Below, piece by piece: positions 20,676 to 29,582 of a stretch of 64,000 nt of DNA. Both the position numbers and the translations under genes were made by a program. The notes beneath the pieces were generated by a model. It was not told the DNA's origin. It made no database searches and worked only from the letters and a program-made list of their open reading frames with translations. Position 1 is the first letter of the stretch. Every line of letters starts with the position of its first letter. The stretch is from an uncultured delta proteobacterium (GTDB taxonomy: Bacteria > Myxococcota > B64-G9): the NCBI GenBank assembly GCA_963754925.1, contig CAVWHX010000005.1, positions 64,001 to 128,000 on the forward strand, given 5' to 3'.

Positions 20676-22211
20676 CTAAGGACTTCCGGATCCGTTGGCA
20701 TGACGACTGCGGAACGCCAAGAACGAAAACACCAAGATCACGGTGAGCGCCCAACTCCACACATTCGCATCCTTGCTGCTTGCGCTACTGCTGCATCCTC
20801 CGACGACACCTTTGTCCCCGATAGGGGCCGACCCGCAATCCGGCATCGCCGTGTAAACACAGGTATGCGCGTTCATATTGCATAGATCCGTGGTGCACGA
20901 ATCTCCGTCGTTACAATCTGTGTCGGCCTGGCAGCAGGTCGTAATTTTCGTATTTGAACATACGCCCGTCTGAGCATCGCAGGCGTCCGTGGTGCAGGCA
21001 TTGCCGTCGTCACAATCCGCAACGCTTGTACATGCTTTTGGCGGTGCGGTTGGCTTCCAGAAATTGCCGGTGAGCATGAGCATATACAGCGCACGAAGCG
21101 ACGTCTCATAATAGTTATCAATCGTCAGCGACTTGAAATACGTGGTGAAGCTGTCCACGCTCGATTGACTATTGGTCATGGCGCCGGTGGTCATGCCGCC
21201 GATGAAACAATCCGATCCGTTCCAACTGCCGCGTGCGGTCCCGTTGGTATAGTAGCCGTCTAAAAAATTGGCGATGCCCATGGTCGAGGTGATCCAGTCG
21301 GTCATGGTGTCGGTAATCGTTTTTAGGTCGGCCGTACCGTACCAGAGGTAGTCGGCCGCCGCGCGCCACGGGATTCGGCAGCCGTTATAGTCGACATAGT
21401 CCTCACCGGTCGAGCCAACGGCGCCGTACTGGTTTACCTCGTTGGCGATCAGGCCGGTCGTGCTATTGTGGTTTGCATACCAGATGGCGACCGCATCATC
21501 CGCAGCCTTCGACCAAAATGAATCTCCGCTGAACTCGTAAAAAACGCGATAGTACGCCGGCATGAAGTAGGAGGTGTTTTCCGAGTTGCAACCGCTGTCC
21601 CAATCCCCGTTGGTTGCCATGTTCCGACCCGTGGCGCTACAGGTGGTGTAGTCGTGAGCTTTGAGAGTCTGCAGGTAATCGAGGGCGATTTGTCGGTAAG
21701 CGTCGCCCCATTGGGATACCGCAACAATCAGGGCAAAACCAATGTCCGTGTCTCCGTCGGTGGCTGACCCATCGCCCCCCGAATCTGAGGTCGCGCCGTT
21801 GCAATCGACCTTCCACATCATGAGACCGCTTGAGTTCAATTTGCTTTGCACAAAATTCCACAACCCGTCGAATTCGGTTTTATCGCCGAAGTAGGCTGTC
21901 AGCACCATCCCATAACCCATGCCTTCGGATACGGTTGTGCCGGTCGGACTATTGAACTCCACACGGTAGTTGCCGCAGTTGGTTTTAAGATAGGTGTTCT
22001 TCCAGTGAGTGTAGATGGCTTGCGCGTCATTCGAAGTCAGATTGCTCGAAATAAATCCCTGTCCGTAACCAGTGTTCTGCGGAAAAGGTTTGTTTTGCGC
22101 TACGGCACTACCCGGTATGACGACGAGACCCAACAGGGCGCACACAATCGCAGGCAAGCCCGCACAACGCAACCGAGCTAACAATGTGTTTTCCTGCTCG
22201 ATTTTTAACAT
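20676..22211 (-). CDS. Glycoside hydrolase family 8 with Cys-rich repeats and MYXO-CTERM-like anchor; start uncertain
   Basis: TVSEGMGYGM, SATDGDTD, YFMPAYY; CDDGNACTTDAC repeats; GGCS, transmembrane segment and basic tail. Confidence 0.88.
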   Translation of the reverse strand: MLKIEQENTLLARLRCAGLPAIVCALLGLVVIPGSAVAQNKPFPQNTGYGQGFISSNLTSNDAQAIYTHWKNTYLKTNCGNYRVEFNSPTGTTVSEGMGYGMVLTAYFGDKTEFDGLWNFVQSKLNSSGLMMWKVDCNGATSDSGGDGSATDGDTDIGFALIVAVSQWGDAYRQIALDYLQTLKAHDYTTCSATGRNMATNGDWDSGCNSENTSYFMPAYYRVFYEFSGDSFWSKAADDAVAIWYANHNSTTGLIANEVNQYGAVGSTGEDYVDYNGCRIPWRAAADYLWYGTADLKTITDTMTDWITSTMGIANFLDGYYTNGTARGSWNGSDCFIGGMTTGAMTNSQSSVDSFTTYFKSLTIDNYYETSLRALYMLMLTGNFWKPTAPPKACTSVADCDDGNACTTDACDAQTGVCSNTKITTCCQADTDCNDGDSCTTDLCNMNAHTCVYTAMPDCGSAPIGDKGVVGGCSSSASSKDANVWSWALTVILVFSFLAFRSRHANGSGSP

Positions 22212-22479
22212 AGGCGGTTCCTTTAGATTTACCGAGACCAGCATAGAGAACTATACCTAGTTGAAATATATGTGCAAAATCGGTACCATAATTGTAATCT
22301 CGCAAACCTACATAACAGGGGATAAATCAATTACATTTTCAAAAGACTGCCTAAGATTATAAACGAGCATGAAGCATTTTGGCTTCAGGTTGGGAGAAAT
22401 ACTCAAAATCTACTGTAATTTGAATATGTTAGTCCCGAAATCTTTTCATAACAGCGGATACTGCTGCTGAAGGCGGCAT

Positions 22480-23337
22480 CTATTTTGCGCCACCCATCTT
22501 GCCCAAGTCGAGGAGGGGGATGGCTCCTCCGGAGACTTGCGGCAAAATACCATTCCATTTCTCGATACCCTTGTACTGCACGAGGATCGGGCTGATCGAC
22601 TTTGATAGCGCATCATTGGCCTTGGCCTGTCCCTGAGCCACCACCAGAATGGATTCAGCCTCTCCCTTTGCGGTGGCGACCTTTTGCTGCGCTTCGATCT
22701 CCCGTTGGGCTAACACCTGTTTCTGCGTCTCCACCTGTTGCTGGGCCACTTGTTTGGCCTCGATCGCCCCTTCATATTCGGTAGAGAACCGGATGTTGGC
22801 AAAGTAGATGTCATCGACGACGATGTGGTACCTCGTTAGGTTATCTCCCAACTTTTTCATCGCCCGTTGACGAATCTCCTCCCTCTTGGGAAGTATCTCC
22901 CCGATTGGGTAGGTCGGCACAACCTCCTTGACAAAGTCGTTGAAAGCCGGATCGATCACCTTGTCGGCAAAATCGAGCCCCACTTTCTGGTACAGATCAT
23001 TCACCAGAGTTGGGTCGATATGGAAGTTCATCATACCCGTCATTTTCACGAGCTGGTATTCTTTTGAGGAGGCATCGATCTCCTTGAACGGGTGGGGTTG
23101 AACCTTGACGTCCACCTTGATCACTCGTTCGGCAACGGGCACCTTGAAATTGAGACCCTCGCCCATAATTCTGTTTTCCACGCTTCCCCATAAGAGGACA
23201 ACCCCTCGGTGGCCGGCTGGAACGATGGTAAAAAAGTCCCATGAAAAAATGAGCAGAATCAAGATGACGATAAAAATTAAGATGGTTAACAGTCGTGGTC
23301 CCGTAACATAAGGCTTTCCCGGCGATCCTTCCGGCAT
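22480..23337 (-). CDS. SPFH/prohibitin family protein
   Basis: TM segment, VPAGHRGV, AIEAKQVAQQ coiled coil, IEKWNG.LP. Confidence 0.9.
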   Translation of the reverse strand: MPEGSPGKPYVTGPRLLTILIFIVILILLIFSWDFFTIVPAGHRGVVLLWGSVENRIMGEGLNFKVPVAERVIKVDVKVQPHPFKEIDASSKEYQLVKMTGMMNFHIDPTLVNDLYQKVGLDFADKVIDPAFNDFVKEVVPTYPIGEILPKREEIRQRAMKKLGDNLTRYHIVVDDIYFANIRFSTEYEGAIEAKQVAQQQVETQKQVLAQREIEAQQKVATAKGEAESILVVAQGQAKANDALSKSISPILVQYKGIEKWNGILPQVSGGAIPLLDLGKMGGAK

Positions 23338-23485
23338 GGTTTACCTCCTCTGGCTTTCTCGGCAATGCGCCCCAACAGTATTTTCTTTATTGTAGCGTAC
23401 CTCATAGTATAGTTAACATCTTGGAGAAAAAAAGACATCATCTAATTTACTCTATTAACAAAATTCAAGGAGATAAGCTATTCCT

Positions 23486-24469
23486 ATGACACCTGATGCG
23501 ATACTTGCTTTGGGAAGCAAATTTATGGAATCGAGAATTTTTCTTACGGCCGCCGAGCTGGATGTATTTACTCTGCTGGCGAAAAATTCAATGTCTATAA
23601 AGGAAGTCGCGGATACTTTGAACGTCACCGTGCGGGGTATTACCATAGTGCTTGATGCGGTGGTGAGCATGGGGTTGCTCGAAAAAAAGAATGAAAAGTA
23701 CCACTGTCCAGCAGAAGTAGCCTCGATACTATCAAAGGAATCGTCGAGTTCGATAATGCCTATGGTCATGCACTCCGTTGGATTATGGAAACGGTGGTCG
23801 GATTTGACCGCAATTGTACGCCACGGTACCGCACGAACCAGGCCATCAGTGTTTGATAGTCGCGAAAGCGAACAGGAAGCCTTCATCGGCGCCATGCATG
23901 TTATTGCCAACAAGGTGGCTCCCGGAATTGTGGAGGCGATACAACCAGGAAAAGCCAAAAAGTTACTCGACATCGGCGGCGCCTCGGGATCATATACCCA
24001 GGCATTCCTCGAAGCCTGTCCGGATATGAAAGCCACTATCTTTGATCTTCCCTCGGTAATCAAAATTGCAAAGCGGCGTCTGGCCGGGACCGGTTTTCTT
24101 GACCGCATCACACTCGTTGCGGGTGACTTTTATAACGATGAACTGCCCGTCGCTCATGATCTGGCGTTGCTCTCGGCTATTATTCATCAAAACAGCCCAG
24201 AGCAAAATATTGACCTGTACCATAAGATATACCGTGCCCTGGTGCCGGGAGGAAGACTGGTCATCCGCGACCATGTCATGAGTCCGGATCATACGCAACC
24301 GACGAGCGGAACCATTTTTGCCGTGAATATGCTCGTGGGAACGCCGGGGGGCGGCACCTACGCCTTTGATGAAATTCAGGCGTCGCTCGAATCAGCCGGT
24401 TTTATTAAGATCAAACTGATTCAGGATGATGAACGCATGAAGGGATTGGTAGAGGGTTTTAAACCTTAG
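23486..24469 (+). CDS. Class II SAM-dependent O-methyltransferase
   Basis: N-terminal dimerisation domain, LLDIGGASG, FDLP, AGDF. Confidence 0.9.
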   Translation: MTPDAILALGSKFMESRIFLTAAELDVFTLLAKNSMSIKEVADTLNVTVRGITIVLDAVVSMGLLEKKNEKYHCPAEVASILSKESSSSIMPMVMHSVGLWKRWSDLTAIVRHGTARTRPSVFDSRESEQEAFIGAMHVIANKVAPGIVEAIQPGKAKKLLDIGGASGSYTQAFLEACPDMKATIFDLPSVIKIAKRRLAGTGFLDRITLVAGDFYNDELPVAHDLALLSAIIHQNSPEQNIDLYHKIYRALVPGGRLVIRDHVMSPDHTQPTSGTIFAVNMLVGTPGGGTYAFDEIQASLESAGFIKIKLIQDDERMKGLVEGFKP

Positions 24470-24480
24470 GTTGCGGTAAT

Positions 24481-25500
24481 TCATTCGGGCATAAGCAGTA
24501 TTTTACCAATATTCATTCTTTGTTCCATGCGTTGATGCGCCTCCGCAACACGCGAAAAAGGATATCGCGAATCGACCACCGGCTTCAGCTTGCCTGCCCG
24601 ACAAAACTCAATAAGTGTTTTCAAATCTTCAATCAGCGGTTCTCCCGGGAGTCCCGATAGTACCAACCCAGATACCGTTCGATTCTGGTTCATCAGTTTC
24701 AAAGGGTTAAAGCGGGGCATCCCAACCAGCTGTCTCACCATCTGAAGAATACGGCGCTTGCCGCCACTGTTTAGGTTGGCGAAACCATACGCCAGAAGCC
24801 GTCCGGACGGGCGCAGGAGATCGTAACCACGCTTCCAATCCACTCCTCCCAGCGCGTCAAATACCGCGTCCACTCCCTTTCCGTTGGTAATACGTCTGAC
24901 CTCGGACACGTAATCTTTGGTTCGATAGTCGATCGGATAGTCACAGCCATGGTGCCGCAATATTTCATGCTTTGAGGCAGATGCCGTTCCAATGACGCGA
25001 ATCCCGCCGACCATTTGAGAAAACTGTAAAAGCGCGAGCCCCACGCCTCCGGCCGCCATATGAACCAAAATTGTTTCACCCGGCTGAACGTTGGCCATTC
25101 GTTTAATTAACTGGTGAGCCGTTAAGTAATTGACCGGCAGGCTGGCCGCAGCCTCAAACGAAACTTCTTTCGGAAGCTTGACCGCGCGATTCGATGTCAC
25201 ACACACGGTATCGGCGTGCCCGCCAAACGGGGTCATAGCAACCACACGATCCCCGACGGAGAATCCTTGAACGTGGGGCCCGAGTTGATCGATTGTGCCC
25301 GAAATTTCGTACCCCAAAACGCAGGGAGGTTTTGGCGCCGCAGGGTAAAGACCTAACCGCGCCATGATATCGGCAAAATTAAGGCCGGAGGCACTGACTC
25401 TCACGCGCAGTTCATTAGCGCCGGGTTGAGGATCCGGAGCTTCGCGCACTTTTAGCACCTCGGTTCCTCCCCGCTTCATCATCCATATTGCATGCATCAT
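24481..25500 (-). CDS. MDR-family NADPH oxidoreductase (VAT-1-like)
   Basis: GLNFADIMARLGLY, GYE, PVNYLTA, HMAAGGVG, NIGKILL. Confidence 0.9.
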   Translation of the reverse strand: MMHAIWMMKRGGTEVLKVREAPDPQPGANELRVRVSASGLNFADIMARLGLYPAAPKPPCVLGYEISGTIDQLGPHVQGFSVGDRVVAMTPFGGHADTVCVTSNRAVKLPKEVSFEAAASLPVNYLTAHQLIKRMANVQPGETILVHMAAGGVGLALLQFSQMVGGIRVIGTASASKHEILRHHGCDYPIDYRTKDYVSEVRRITNGKGVDAVFDALGGVDWKRGYDLLRPSGRLLAYGFANLNSGGKRRILQMVRQLVGMPRFNPLKLMNQNRTVSGLVLSGLPGEPLIEDLKTLIEFCRAGKLKPVVDSRYPFSRVAEAHQRMEQRMNIGKILLMPE

Positions 25501-25583
25501 TCTTCCTTCATCAGCACCGTCGTCAGGTCTCTAAACTTTATAAGATCGATAGAGCCAACCCCGTTGATGCTCATCGAAGTCGA

Positions 25584-25598
25584 GCACAAAGCATGCCA
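25584..25598 (-). promoter_or_regulatory. Candidate sigma54 promoter for the MDR gene
   Basis: TGGCATG-CTTT-GTGC against consensus TGGCACG-N4-TTGC; inverted repeat CAAAATA-N7-TATTTTG upstream at 25666-25686. Confidence 0.5.
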
Positions 25599-25794
25599 TC
25601 AATTTTGGATCTGTATAATCAATGTGTTAGTGAAGTGAAGATAACAGAAATGATAGGAGTGTGATCAAAATAACCGGGCTATTTTGTGCTCATTGACCAA
25701 ATTCATTTAGCGCTATTCAGATAGCCTACTGCCCCTAATCTATTTTTTTGGAGATTCTCTTGGGTCTTCACTCTAGGGGAGGTCTCCCTTTTGA

Positions 25795-26109
25795 TTAAAC
25801 TTTAATCCACTCGGACCATGGAATAGCCCACGGTTGACCTGAAGACTTTTGCAAGCAGTCCTTGCAGACCATTTCAGGGGTGCAGGCGTGACAGATAGTC
25901 ATCATCATGTCTCGTATTTCCTTTTGCGCTCCCGAAGACCTGCGAGATTGTACATACGCGTTTCTGGGACCTACTAAATATCCTTTACCTTTTTGGATGG
26001 TGCCCGAGCATCTATCACATTTCGCCACGGTCCCTTTGGAATTTTGCGACCACCACTCTTTTGCTTCCTCGGCCGCTTTCCTCATATTAAGAAAGGTGAA
26101 TAACCCCAT
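25795..26109 (-). CDS. Hypothetical small Cys-rich protein
   Basis: GGAGG RBS; CDRC, CHAC and CKDC motifs. Confidence 0.5.
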   Translation of the reverse strand: MGLFTFLNMRKAAEEAKEWWSQNSKGTVAKCDRCSGTIQKGKGYLVGPRNAYVQSRRSSGAQKEIRDMMMTICHACTPEMVCKDCLQKSSGQPWAIPWSEWIKV

Positions 26110-26346
26110 GGTTATACCTCCATAATCCCTCGTTATTCGCACCTCATGGGGCGCCGTTTCTCCTGATTCTCGCCACGGCCTCAGCATCACGAGAACCAAA
26201 AAGCCAGTCTCGAGTGCTACGATGTGGCCAGGTGATGTTCTTGGACAGTACTTCTAGGCCTGTTTTATGTTCGCTGTCAAGGGCTATAGTTTGCCCTAAG
26301 GCGAACCTCTGTTGAGCCTGACGCAGCCGCTGAGAGGCCTGTTTTC

Positions 26347-27177
26347 TTATGGGGACAGTAGTTTCTTAAAAGCGTTTTTTCCTTTAATCACGCGCGATGG
26401 ATCGGTGCTGATATCAACAACTTCAAGAATGATGAGGTGAGGAAAGTCCCTTAAAAAATTGACGTACGTGGAGTAATCGTAATTTCCGTCACCTAACGGT
26501 AAATGGTCGTCGTGTTCCCCATGATTGTCCGTTAGGTGAATGTGGTAAATGCTGTCACCTAATAAACGAATGCCTTTCTCCGCACCATCTACGAGCCTGG
26601 CGTGTCCCATGTCCAACGTAAACCTCAGAGAGTTCCCAACTTTTTCTCTGATTTCCAATAAGTCCTCAAAACAGCGGTCGATAGAGTTCGGGTCGATACC
26701 GATATTCTCCAAACAGATGGTTATGTCTTTTGAGTTTGCGTAGTCATTGATGCTTCTCAGTGAATCAATATTATGATTCCACTGGGTTTTGGTCAGTATG
26801 TTGTTGTTGGTTATGTTGTTCTCCGGGGTTATCTTAAAGGTAAACTTGCCATTGTGAACAATGAGGGTTTTGGATTTCAATTGTTCACTCAGATCAACTG
26901 ACTTTTTAATAGCTCTAATGGATTCTTCTCTAATGCCTGCATAAAACGCAGCGATATTAAGTTCATGAAAGGGCGCATGAACGCTTATCTCCATTCCATG
27001 GTTATATAAAATATCTTTTGCCTCGTTAATTAAATCTCGTGGCACATGGTCTAAGTCTATAAACGGAAAGATACAACATAGCTCAAATGCGTCAAAGCCA
27101 TTCTCCGCGGCGGATTTCAACGCATCGATCCATCGCGCTTTTATCATTGCGACGCTACTCATTCCTATTTTGGGCAT
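26347..27177 (-). CDS. Sugar phosphate isomerase/epimerase (TIM barrel)
   Basis: SVHAP, CLEN, TLDMGHA, HIHLTDNHGEHDDHLPLGDG. Confidence 0.85.
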   Translation of the reverse strand: MPKIGMSSVAMIKARWIDALKSAAENGFDAFELCCIFPFIDLDHVPRDLINEAKDILYNHGMEISVHAPFHELNIAAFYAGIREESIRAIKKSVDLSEQLKSKTLIVHNGKFTFKITPENNITNNNILTKTQWNHNIDSLRSINDYANSKDITICLENIGIDPNSIDRCFEDLLEIREKVGNSLRFTLDMGHARLVDGAEKGIRLLGDSIYHIHLTDNHGEHDDHLPLGDGNYDYSTYVNFLRDFPHLIILEVVDISTDPSRVIKGKNAFKKLLSP

Positions 27178-27322
27178 CGGTCACCTTACTCCTGGTGTAT
27201 GTTTTTGAGTACGTCCCCTCCACCCATATTGATGCGTATCAAATCGTATTCTTAAAAGCAATGAGCCCACCTCGTTATAGCGGTCCGGATCACCGAAGTT
27301 CCCTAATTCTTTCAAACCTGCT

Positions 27323-28729
27323 TCAGAAGAGATATCTAAGCTTCACATTTACCAAGTCCCTACCGCGGTAACTTCCAAAGAGGGTGTCGGGGTTGCCTAT
27401 GAATAAACTCAGACCGATCTCTGCTAATAGGTTGTCTTGCAACTGCCAGCCGATGCTGGGCATCAACACGGCGTCATGTTTCCAGGTGTTGAATATGCCC
27501 TTAAATTCGAGAATAAGTGCGCCGTCAAGGAGCTTCTTTTCGATAGTGCCGCTCAGGAGATTTGAGAAAAAAGGATCGACGAGGCGATCATTGTTTCCGA
27601 TATAAGCGCCTTGAAGATATTCAGCGGCTATTCTGAAGTATTGGTCATAGATCCAGTTTACTCCCAGCACGCAATAGAGAAACCCGGTATGGTGTATCGG
27701 CATCGTAAGTTCAGCGAGATTAGTGATAGACACGACGGCCGGTTTATCAAAGGTATAAGCCGCTTCTCCATACAAGGTAAACTCCCAGACGGGTATCGCG
27801 AAATCAACGCCAAGAGAAGTGACCTTTGCATAGTACGGCGCAAGCTCAATTTTGCCAAGAGGGTTATTGGGGTCCGGCACCAATCGGGGAAGCAGAACAA
27901 TGTCTCTATCGTAGCCATGATACACCGAGAGTGACATATCAAACCCATGCATGGTTGCTGCCAGCCGTGCGCCTACGCTATAGTCGTCAATAGAATGTCT
28001 GTCGTAGGTTAAGTAGGCATTATCGATGGGGGCCATCTCTACCGGCAGGCTGATGGTGCTATCCGGTATTCGCACGTTCGGTACCCGCAACGCCCACGGA
28101 CCTCCTCGCTCCGGCAATCTCGTTGGGGTATGCACGGGCGCGTACACCATCTGGAGGGAGAGATTGCTCCAAGAAACGTTCGCGGATGCGGCCGGTATCC
28201 CGACATACAGCTCTTCAGGGTCCCTGAGCACAATCTCTATCAAGTCAAAAGGATTGAAATACGACGTGGGACTTATCGTGTATGCCGTTCCCCATTTGAT
28301 TACTTGGTTCCCCGCTCGGATATCGACGGGTCCCAGTTGAACCGAAAGGTACAACTCCTGAACGTTGACTATCTCTAGGTTTCCAAAATAACGCCGCAGG
28401 ATAGGGGTTGCGGCCGTGGCAGCGTGGAGGTACGTGATAGTTTTCAAATATACATTATCAAGAAAGTCGTAGCGTGCATCGATTTTTGCATGGGCCTCAA
28501 ATTTGCTTATCGTAAATTCTTCCCCGTCTTCATTTCGGTATAGTCCATTGAGACTGTACAGGGTTCTTTCGATACTGATTCCGTAATAGTTGGTCGATTC
28601 TACATATCCGCCGATCGATAACCTACTCTTCTCCGGCTCCTTCCCGGTATCCGGATCCTGCATCTGGGCAAGCAGCGTTAGCGGAAACAGAAGCAATAGG
28701 CAAGTAGGCGCTGTCAACCATCGGCTCAT
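27323..28729 (-). CDS. Outer-membrane beta-barrel protein (DUF1302-like)
   Basis: Signal peptide, ELY, RAGNQVIKWG, NPFD, C-terminal KLRYLF. Confidence 0.7.
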   Translation of the reverse strand: MSRWLTAPTCLLLLFPLTLLAQMQDPDTGKEPEKSRLSIGGYVESTNYYGISIERTLYSLNGLYRNEDGEEFTISKFEAHAKIDARYDFLDNVYLKTITYLHAATAATPILRRYFGNLEIVNVQELYLSVQLGPVDIRAGNQVIKWGTAYTISPTSYFNPFDLIEIVLRDPEELYVGIPAASANVSWSNLSLQMVYAPVHTPTRLPERGGPWALRVPNVRIPDSTISLPVEMAPIDNAYLTYDRHSIDDYSVGARLAATMHGFDMSLSVYHGYDRDIVLLPRLVPDPNNPLGKIELAPYYAKVTSLGVDFAIPVWEFTLYGEAAYTFDKPAVVSITNLAELTMPIHHTGFLYCVLGVNWIYDQYFRIAAEYLQGAYIGNNDRLVDPFFSNLLSGTIEKKLLDGALILEFKGIFNTWKHDAVLMPSIGWQLQDNLLAEIGLSLFIGNPDTLFGSYRGRDLVNVKLRYLF

Positions 28730-28800
28730 CCGCCAACATCCTCCATCAATAACATCCGGAACGCCGGATCCGCCATTTCACCCCTACCTAATCCATTATC

Positions 28801-29565
28801 TTATTTACTGAGCCCTTCCTTGGTAAACAGCCGGTCGGGAAGACCGCTATTGTACCGTACATTCGACAAATCAACGGTTGTGTATCCGCCGGTCTTCAGA
28901 TTTTCCATTTTGCCGCTGAGGACGGTCCAGATATCGTTGATCTTTTTGATATTCGACACGGTAAATCGCTTGATCGGATTGTTGGATCCATCAAAGAAGT
29001 CCGCCCGTATGAGGAGGAAATTGTCTTTACGAATCCATGCCAACCGTTTGGTGAATTTTTCGCTCGTATCCCTTGCCCGTGCCTCCACGACATAGCAGGG
29101 ATAGTCTCCAAGATTTTCCTCCCTAATTAATGTAAAGTCATCCTTTTGTAGACTTCTTTTGGTGAAGTCTTCGTAGCTGTAGTCGCTTCCCATAAAGCTC
29201 TTTGACTTGTCTGATGCGGCTATACGGCTCACCTGCCGCAGGGCGGGAAGGTACATCCATAGGTCATTGTCCTTGTCGCTGAAACTCCAGGTCAGGAATG
29301 ATGTATCCTTAATATCCGCGGGCGATCGAAATACCATGAGCACTCGAGTGTCCTTACCATAGTCCTTTCGGTAGACTTTCAGGTCTCTTTTCTTTTCAGA
29401 TCCGTCCGCTTTCACGATCTTCATCAACATGTCTGATTCAAAGTCATCGCCGTCCTCGATGTTGTAAGCCTTTTCGGCTATTTGGTAGCCGTTTTGCTCC
29501 GCATGGCATGGCAATGATAAAAGGATAATGAGAGCTGGCGGGATAAGACCTACCCATCTACCCAT
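28801..29565 (-). CDS. LolA-like outer-membrane lipoprotein-sorting protein
   Basis: FRSPADIKDTSFL, WMYLPALRQVSRI, SFMGSDYSYED. Confidence 0.88.
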   Translation of the reverse strand: MGRWVGLIPPALIILLSLPCHAEQNGYQIAEKAYNIEDGDDFESDMLMKIVKADGSEKKRDLKVYRKDYGKDTRVLMVFRSPADIKDTSFLTWSFSDKDNDLWMYLPALRQVSRIAASDKSKSFMGSDYSYEDFTKRSLQKDDFTLIREENLGDYPCYVVEARARDTSEKFTKRLAWIRKDNFLLIRADFFDGSNNPIKRFTVSNIKKINDIWTVLSGKMENLKTGGYTTVDLSNVRYNSGLPDRLFTKEGLSK

Positions 29566-29582
29566 AACACACCTCCTCGACA

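Noticed and set aside
26281..26345. c-di-GMP riboswitch or attC site
   Set aside because: Only fragmentary resemblance (GGCGAACC...GACGCA); the required stems and complementary boxes were not found, and there is no integron integrase.
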